This document shows, piece after piece, positions 57,457 to 64,000 of a stretch of DNA of 64,000 nt. The notes below the pieces were generated by a model, which searched no databases, had not been told where the DNA came from, and worked only from the letters and a program-made list of their open reading frames with translations. Origin of the DNA: an uncultured delta proteobacterium (GTDB lineage: Bacteria > Desulfobacterota > Syntrophia > Syntrophales > UBA5619); assembly GCA_963817385.1 (NCBI GenBank), contig CAWFOM010000005.1:480001-544000 (forward strand), in the 5' to 3' direction. The position numbers and the translations under genes are program-made. Position 1 is the first letter of the stretch, and each line of letters begins with the position of its first letter.

Positions 57457-58677
57457 TCAATCGCCTTCATCGAAGTACGCAATAAGATCAATCAATTCTT
57501 TATCAGTAATCTTCTGCCATTTTATGTTTCTTTCTTTCATTATTCCTATCATCTTGGGACCATGATTCCATAATGCCGTTGCCATGTAGATGGGAGAGAC
57601 AATTCCTTTGAGCTGAGCGAGATTGGGGCCTTCTTTTTTTCCTTTTGCATCTTTCCGCACATCATGGCACATGTTGCATTGCTTTTCCTGGAATAACTTC
57701 TTTCCTGAAACTCTGTCTCCAATAGGATCAAAATAGCGGATAGAGAAGAGATACGCGGTAATATTTGCTATATTTTTAGCGGATAACTCGGGAATTTTGA
57801 TATTCTCCTTCTGCATTTCATTAAACATTTGGGGGAAATGATCCCACATGAGACTTGCAAACTGACCTATCGTCGGTGGGAAATCTTTTTTTTGCACGCC
57901 AAGGTTAGGCCCCTTCGTTTTCGCCGTTCCCTGGGTGGCATGGCACTGTGCACATCCCTTTTGAGAAAACAGTTGCTTTCCCTCCGTGGGATCACCGGAT
58001 GCAAGAAACACATCATCTTTTTTAGAGGGTTTAAAGGTTCTTATGTAGGCAATGATGTCTACGACATCATTTTTTTCCAGCTTCGGCCAAGCAACCGTCA
58101 CTTTATCCATCGCATTTTTCATTTTTAGGGCATGGTTCCACATCATCTGTACCCAGAGCAGGGGATTCGTATATTCCGCCCACCTCGCCAGGTCGGGACC
58201 AATTTTACCGCCTTTTTCTCCAATGCTATGGCACTGCGTGCATCCCTTTGTCTTTAACACTTCTTTGCCTTTGGCAGCGTTCCCCGGTTCATCGAGATAA
58301 CGGATGAAGTATAAAAAGGCAAAGAGATCCGCCATCTCCGTTTCATTCAGACGTTTAAATTCTATCAATTTTGCAGACATCTTCTCCCACATTTCCGGTG
58401 CATGATTCCACATCGCCGCGGCCAGCCCGCCGGACGACAGATGGGAAGAGGGACTCTTTGAGAGATCAGGGGCGATGCGCTTCTTTCCTTTTTCACCCAT
58501 GCCATGACATTGGATACATCCCTTTTCGGAAAATACCTGCCAGCCCTTCCGCGCATCTCCGGGGATTAGATATTTATCTTCAGCAAAGACCCAGTGGAGA
58601 TTCAACCCACAGCTAAGCCATATTCCCAGGAAGATGATCGTTATATTAACCTTCGCTTTCACTGGCTCGACCTCCAT
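57457..58677 (-). CDS. Cytochrome c with four tandem class-I monoheme domains
   Basis: CIQCH, CTQCH, CAQCH, CNMCH; each domain follows GD/GN..G...F/L..K.C..CH...PDL/PNL...W(N/D)H..M. Confidence 0.88.
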   Translation of the reverse strand: MEVEPVKAKVNITIIFLGIWLSCGLNLHWVFAEDKYLIPGDARKGWQVFSEKGCIQCHGMGEKGKKRIAPDLSKSPSSHLSSGGLAAAMWNHAPEMWEKMSAKLIEFKRLNETEMADLFAFLYFIRYLDEPGNAAKGKEVLKTKGCTQCHSIGEKGGKIGPDLARWAEYTNPLLWVQMMWNHALKMKNAMDKVTVAWPKLEKNDVVDIIAYIRTFKPSKKDDVFLASGDPTEGKQLFSQKGCAQCHATQGTAKTKGPNLGVQKKDFPPTIGQFASLMWDHFPQMFNEMQKENIKIPELSAKNIANITAYLFSIRYFDPIGDRVSGKKLFQEKQCNMCHDVRKDAKGKKEGPNLAQLKGIVSPIYMATALWNHGPKMIGIMKERNIKWQKITDKELIDLIAYFDEGD

Positions 58678-58939
58678 TCTCCGAGACTCTCTTCTGGCCT
58701 TCCCGTATAATGATGGTAAACACCATGGTAACAACGGAAGTTAAAATGAGAAAGGCAAAGCTTACGACCGATGACAGAACCATGGCATGCACCGGGTGAT
58801 CATTGTTGACCACGGACCGGTAAACTGCTGCGCCGAGGAAGATAAAAACCCCGAGCGCAAACAGGTAAAAACAAAGGAGCAGGGATATTTGAGCACCCAG
58901 AACTACTTTGTTTCTGATAGATGGATTGTCTTCTTTCAT
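58646..58939 (-). CDS. Small two-TM membrane protein
   Basis: Two hydrophobic helices; RBS GAGGTGA; within the operon. Confidence 0.7.
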   Translation of the reverse strand: MKEDNPSIRNKVVLGAQISLLLCFYLFALGVFIFLGAAVYRSVVNNDHPVHAMVLSSVVSFAFLILTSVVTMVFTIIIREGQKRVSENGGRASESEG

Positions 58940-59005
58940 CTGCTCACCTCATATTCCTTGAATGGATCTTCCGTACGGTATGTTCTAATAATTTGCGCCT
59001 GCCCC

Positions 59006-60314
59006 TCATGAAGACGGCAGGTAAGTCCGGAGCCTCTCCGTAACTTCACCATGGGCCTTTTCACGCCCTTCCTGAACCTCCCATAAGGATACAATGGGAA
59101 AGAACTTCGTAAAGATCATATAAATCATCGCAAAGAGCGCAAAGCATCCGGCGAGAATGGACCACTCGACCCACGTGGGACTGTAGAGCCCTGTTTCATA
59201 GGGCAAGCGGGGATGCATCAGGGTCGGGACGACGATGGTAAAGCGCTCCAGCCACATGCCGATGTTGACGGATATGGAGGCGATGACGGTCCCCGTCACG
59301 GTGCGGGTCCTCCTGTTTGCCAGGATCGTGAACGGGATGACAAAGCAGGTGACGACCATGATCCAGAACTGGGGAGCATATTTGCCCGTCATCTTTTCGA
59401 AAAATATGGACATTTCCACGGGCTCGTTCCCATAGAATACGGTAATGTACTCGCAAAAAGTAAAATAGAGCCAGAGACAGGTCATGACGAGGAGCAGGAT
59501 GCCGAGATAATTAAAATGGACCTCCCGGAAATACCCTTCCAGGTGGTAGACCTTCCTGAGTACAGCCATGGCCACGATGATGGCGGCAATCCCGGAAAAG
59601 ATGGCGCCGGCCACGAAGTAAGGGCCGAAGATGGAGCTGTGCCACATGGGCTGAACGGTCATGGAAAAAACGTAGGAGACCACGGTGTGCACGGAAACCG
59701 CGATCGGCAGGACCGTAACCGCCATGATGGCAATGCCTTTCTCCAGGTAGTGAATCTGCTTTTCCGTTCCCGCCCAGCCGAGCGCCAACACCTCATACAA
59801 CCCTTTCCTGAATCCGCGGCGGCATCCGGTCTCTGAGCAGGGCGATATCCGGAATGAGCGGGAGATACAGATAGACGGAACTGGCAGTCAGGTACGTGGT
59901 AAGGCTTACCACGTCCCAGAGAAGGGGCGATTGGAAACGACCATGCGTTATGACCGTCAGTAAGCGATCGATTCGGCCCAAATCGATCAGGATATTGCCT
60001 AAACCAAAAAAGAGCACCAGAACAGTGATAACTTCAGCGGAGCGGGTAATCGAACGGCGCCATTCCGCTTTGGAGATACGGAGGATCGCTGAGATGAGTG
60101 TTCCCGCATGGCTGACGCCGATAAAAAATACAAAATTGGTAATGTAAATACCCCAAAAGATAGGGCTGTTCAAACCCGTTACCCCGAGTCCCTCATGGAA
60201 CTGTTGGAAATAGGCAAAAGCAGCAAACAGCACCACCAGAGACAGACAGGCAAAAGCCAGGTAAAAGACTTTGCCTGTTTTCAGAATAGGTTGATACAAG
60301 ATCTCGTCTCTCAT
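59006..60314 (-). CDS. NrfD/PsrC-family integral membrane subunit (QrcD/ActC-like); apparent frameshift ~59800
   Basis: GLGVTGL..PIFWGIYITNFVFFIGVSHAGTLISA, DLGR, SPLLWD, VSVHTVVS, PMWHSSIFGPYFVAGAIFSG, GMWLERF.IVVP. Confidence 0.9.
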
Positions 60315-60369
60315 TTTGGCACCGTTTTTTTCCCTTCCCGACCCTTCGTCTGGTTTTAAAGCTTCCACG

Positions 60370-61054
60370 CTAAGCTCCTTCCCTCAGATAATACACATTT
60401 GGTTCAGTGCCGAGTTCTTCCAATAATCTGAATGCCCGTGGACTTCTTGCGAGTTTAGAAACAATACTGTCCTTATCATTTAAATCTCCGAAATAGATCG
60501 CCTTGCTCGGACACGTCTCCGCACAGGCAGGGATATAATCATCAGGGGTCATCTCCCTTTTTTCCGCCTTAGCCCTGTCCTTCGCCTTCTGTATCCGATG
60601 GGAGCAGAACACGCATTTTTCTATCACGCCCTTCGGCCTGACGGTAATGTCCGGATTCAGGGAGTTCATCATCTCCTTGGGCCAGGCGGGCTTATACCAG
60701 TTCATGGATTTAACGGTATAGGGGCAGGCGTTGGCGCAATATCGGCAGCCGATGCAGCGTCCATAGACCTGATCAACGATGCCCTCTTTCGTCTTGTTGG
60801 TAGCCCCGACGGGACAGACCTTGACGCAGGGCGGATTCTCACACTGCATGCAGGGACCGGCATAATATTTGATTTTATGCTGCGGGTATTCTCCCTCGAT
60901 ATGTTCCACCATCCGTATCCAGTGTATGGACCGGGATCTTGCTGCCTCTCCCGGACTTGGCGGCGGTATGTTGTTCTCGATCTGGCAAGCAACGACACAT
61001 GCCTGGCATGCCGTACACTTATCCAAGATCTATCACCATTCCCCATCTAATCAT
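60370..61054 (-). CDS. 4Fe-4S dicluster subunit (QrcC/NrfC-like); apparent frameshift ~61025
   Basis: MIRWGMVIDL then DKCTACQACVVAC, CMQCENPPCVKVCP, CIGCRYCANACP, EKCVFC, PACAETCP. Confidence 0.92.
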
Positions 61055-61064
61055 ACCGTCCTCC

Positions 61065-63509
61065 TTATGCCTTATACACTTTGACCCTGGTTTTGTTCAT
61101 CAGGGGTTCACCCGTGAAAGGCTCTGCGTGAATGAGTCAGTAATCGGGCGACATTTTCCCCAATCCCTTTCGCCCATCGGCCGAGCGCCCTGTGTCCCAG
61201 CCCCATCGGGATATTGACCACCTGGGGCATCGCCCGCGGTGTCACTTTGGCCCTGAATTTCAGCTTCGCCAGAGGCGATTCCACCCAGACCCAGTCACCG
61301 TCCTCTATCCCTAATTTTTGCGCCGCCTTCGGACTTATCTCTACCCATGAATGCCACTGCTCATTGATGGTGAAGCCATTGATATCCTGCAGGTACGGAT
61401 CATTGGCATGAATCGATCCGGCAAAAACAAGCGGTTGAAATACCTTGAGATGGAAAGGATAATCCTTTTCACTTTCCAGGGATGTATTGAGTTTCGGTTC
61501 CCAGTGAGGCAAAAAGAGGCGATCCCCCTTTGCTTCTACACCTGAAGCTCTTAATTCTTGCGGGGTATTGCTTGCCTTTTCCAATTGATATTTCAGAGTC
61601 TGTGAATAAAATTCAAATTTTCTGGAGGGTGTCCGGAATATCCTTTCCCATTCTTCATAGGCATAGGCAGGATCCCACCACCCCCCCTTTTCCTGTATCC
61701 CAGCCCAGAATTCCTCAAAGTTCTTGTATCCGGGAGCCCTCCATCCACGTCTCACTAACTCTCTCAGCAAGGCTTCATCCAATGCGGGAGCAAAGAGGTC
61801 ACCTCGATTCATTGCATAAACTTTTTTCATGGTCTCGGACAACACTTCCTGAGAATCTTTCCAGGGGAATGCCTTCGCTATTGGCTGCCCCATCCCCTTG
61901 GCGATCTCGATGATTACGTCACCGGTATTCTTGGTATTGTATCGCGGCGCCATGACAGGCTTGCCTATCCCGACCACGGGGTATCCTTGAAATGTCTGCG
62001 TGATGTTGCTTTGCCATTTCTCCAAATAGGTATGATCCGGCAGGATAAGGTCGGCATTTTGAGTTGTCTCATCCATATAGGGTGAGAAGCTGACGATGAA
62101 GGGGATCTTTCCTATGGCTTGAGAAAAACCTTTTATATGTTGACATGGAGAAGAGGGGGTTGCCGTTATAAAAAAATAATGTACTGATTTCATAGGGTTT
62201 CCCTTTGAGAACCCGTTCGGAAAAACCTGAGAGCGAGGAAGTTGACGAGCGGGAACTTGCCGCTGTCCGTACCGGCTAGAGGAGTCATCTGGAGCCCTCT
62301 TCGCGCTGTTTCATCGAGTTCCGGGGCCGGGAGATCGAGTGCCGGCGGGTTTTTGATGGTCAGGACTCCACCGGGCTTATCAATATTTCCCACCAAGGCG
62401 TTGAGAGCATGGATCGCCATCTGTTGATAAATATCTCCTCTGTTCCCGATAGCGAGGGCCGGGCCTTGCGTGGCAAATTCTTTTGCCAATCTCAATATGG
62501 ATTCCACGGGAACATTGGTAATCTCTGAAACCACACTCGGGGAATAATTCTGGAGTACGAGGTTCTTGTACCCCTGGTGCTCTTTTCCGGAGGGATCCTT
62601 CAGATCTTCAAACCCAAAGGTGTGCTTCTCAATGAACTCTTTATCATACAATCCCTCTTTGATGATAACGTGTGCCATCCCTAAGGCCAAAACACCTTCC
62701 GTTCCGGGATTTACCGGTATCCATTCATCGGCTTTTGCCGCCGTTGTAGAATAACGAGACTCCACCTGCACGATCTTACCTCTGATGCTCTTTTCTCTCC
62801 TCATGTAGCCGAAGGCCTTCATAACTTGAACAGGCGACCAGAATGATTGCAGGAGGTCTGATTCGAACGAGATTATGTAATTTGCCATTTCCATATCGTA
62901 AACAATGCCATCGTTCATACCTTGCATCAGATAAAAGGCATCAACGCTGCCATAATCCAACCCCGTCGGGATACTCAGGTAGTTCGGCGAACCATACTGG
63001 TGGAGGAATCTTTCCAGGAGCATCTTTATCAGACCGTTGGAATCTCCATCCATAATGGCCACGGTATGAGAGGCATTTCCTGCTCGTATTTCTTTCAGAC
63101 GATTTACCAGGTGCGTGATCGCTTCATCCCAGGTAATGTCCTGCCACTTCCCGTCGCCTCTGTTTCCAATCCTCTTCAACGGTCCGTGAATCCGATCCGG
63201 ATCATTTAAGCTTAGTAAACCCGCCTGACCTTTAGGACATAATTTCCCCCTGTTGATGGGATGGAAGGCATTGCCCTCGATCTTTACGGGTCTGTCACCA
63301 ATCATTCTAACGCGAATTCCGCATCCTCCCGGACACTGCCGGCACTGTGATGTAACCCACCGTTCCGGCCCTTGGGGCACATCTACCCAGTCTTCACCCC
63401 ACGCTGCCCGAAATGCCTTAACAGCTACATCGGGGGCATAAGCTAACACACCGCCTCCGGCAGCGACTCCCAACACCGTTAAGAATTCTCGTCTCGTAAC
63501 CTTTCCCAT
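61065..63509 (-). CDS. Molybdopterin-oxidoreductase-like subunit with Tat signal (QrcB/ActB-like); several apparent frameshifts (~62140-62240, ~61130)
   Basis: TRREFL; CRQCPGGCG...LCPKG; AAKADEW..VNPGTE; DETTQNADLILP..TYLE; WVEISP..A..LGI.DGD; C-terminus AEPFTGEPLMNKTRVKVYKA in a third frame. Confidence 0.88.
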
Positions 63510-63579
63510 CCTTCACTCCTTATGCCCTTCTGGTCTGAAGAATAAGCACCGAATATGGTCAGTTTTTCCGCGGCAGCGG

Positions 63580-64000
63580 TCATTTGTGGCAAATTACACA
63601 ACTTGTATCCACGTTATTCTTCTCATGGCATGCCATACAGTCGCTCATTTCCAACTCAACCAGGGCCGTGCCGGGTGGCTTTACCATATTCCCCATATCT
63701 CCATGGCATTTCTCACATTCCAATTTGCCAACCGACACATGTCTGTTATGGGAAAAGTACACGTGAACGGGATTCTTGAAAATCCTTATCCATTTGATAT
63801 CCTGTTCCTTTTTGATGAAGTTGATTAATTTTTTCTCTTCCGGGCTTTTTGACAGAGGTTCTTCACTATGGCATCCCATACAAATCTTAATATCCGGCAG
63901 TCCTGCGTATGCTGAATTTTGGACACCGGTATGGCATTCCTCGCATTTGAGCGTCTCGGTATGCACCTTATGGTTAAATGCCAGAGGCTGCGTTACCGGC
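63580..64000 (-). CDS. Multiheme cytochrome c (QrcA/ActA-like), 5' end outside window
   Basis: QPLAFNHKVH, CEECH, CMGCH, YFSHNRH, CEKCH, CMACH, CVICH (5 CxxCH visible). Confidence 0.9.
   Translation of the reverse strand, partial: PVTQPLAFNHKVHTETLKCEECHTGVQNSAYAGLPDIKICMGCHSEEPLSKSPEEKKLINFIKKEQDIKWIRIFKNPVHVYFSHNRHVSVGKLECEKCHGDMGNMVKPPGTALVELEMSDCMACHEKNNVDTSCVICHK

Overview
A 64 kb, mostly GC-rich bacterial chromosomal window. Its gene content looks like an anaerobic Desulfobacterota/Syntrophales-type organism (inference). Bases 1-17 kb hold housekeeping and envelope genes (lysS-lolC/E-lolD-bamA-skp-lpxD, ssb, tatA, RodZ-like, suhB, two Hsp20, ADP-forming acetate-CoA ligase, an acyl-CoA synthetase). 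tRNA-Arg(ACG) follows, with two degenerate copies of its own 3' half. These bracket a ~1.1 kb AT-rich islet carrying a candidate sigma54-driven cluster of small unknown ORFs, and an intact DDE/rve insertion sequence comes next. The middle has an HDOD/GGDEF signalling trio, a lytic transglycosylase with a sigma54-type promoter, serS with two tRNA-Ser, and a run of accessory metabolic genes (EFR1 ferredoxin, Tat dienelactone hydrolase, radical-SAM maturase, Slt70, deacetylase, VOC, kinase/HAD pair, MFS, AOR, fused MFS-spermidine synthase). Further on are an internally deleted IS110 with its non-coding end, a CheB-CheR-PAS-kinase, an aldo-keto reductase, a J-domain/MinD fusion, ccdA-tlpA-polX, and a Qrc/ACIII-like respiratory operon extended by two extra tetraheme cytochromes. 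A ~117 bp double-hairpin element (TTGAA...TTCAA, resembling IS200/IS605 right ends) occurs twice. At least eleven genes, including essential ones, have frameshifts, most likely read/assembly errors. No CRISPR array or rRNA was seen.
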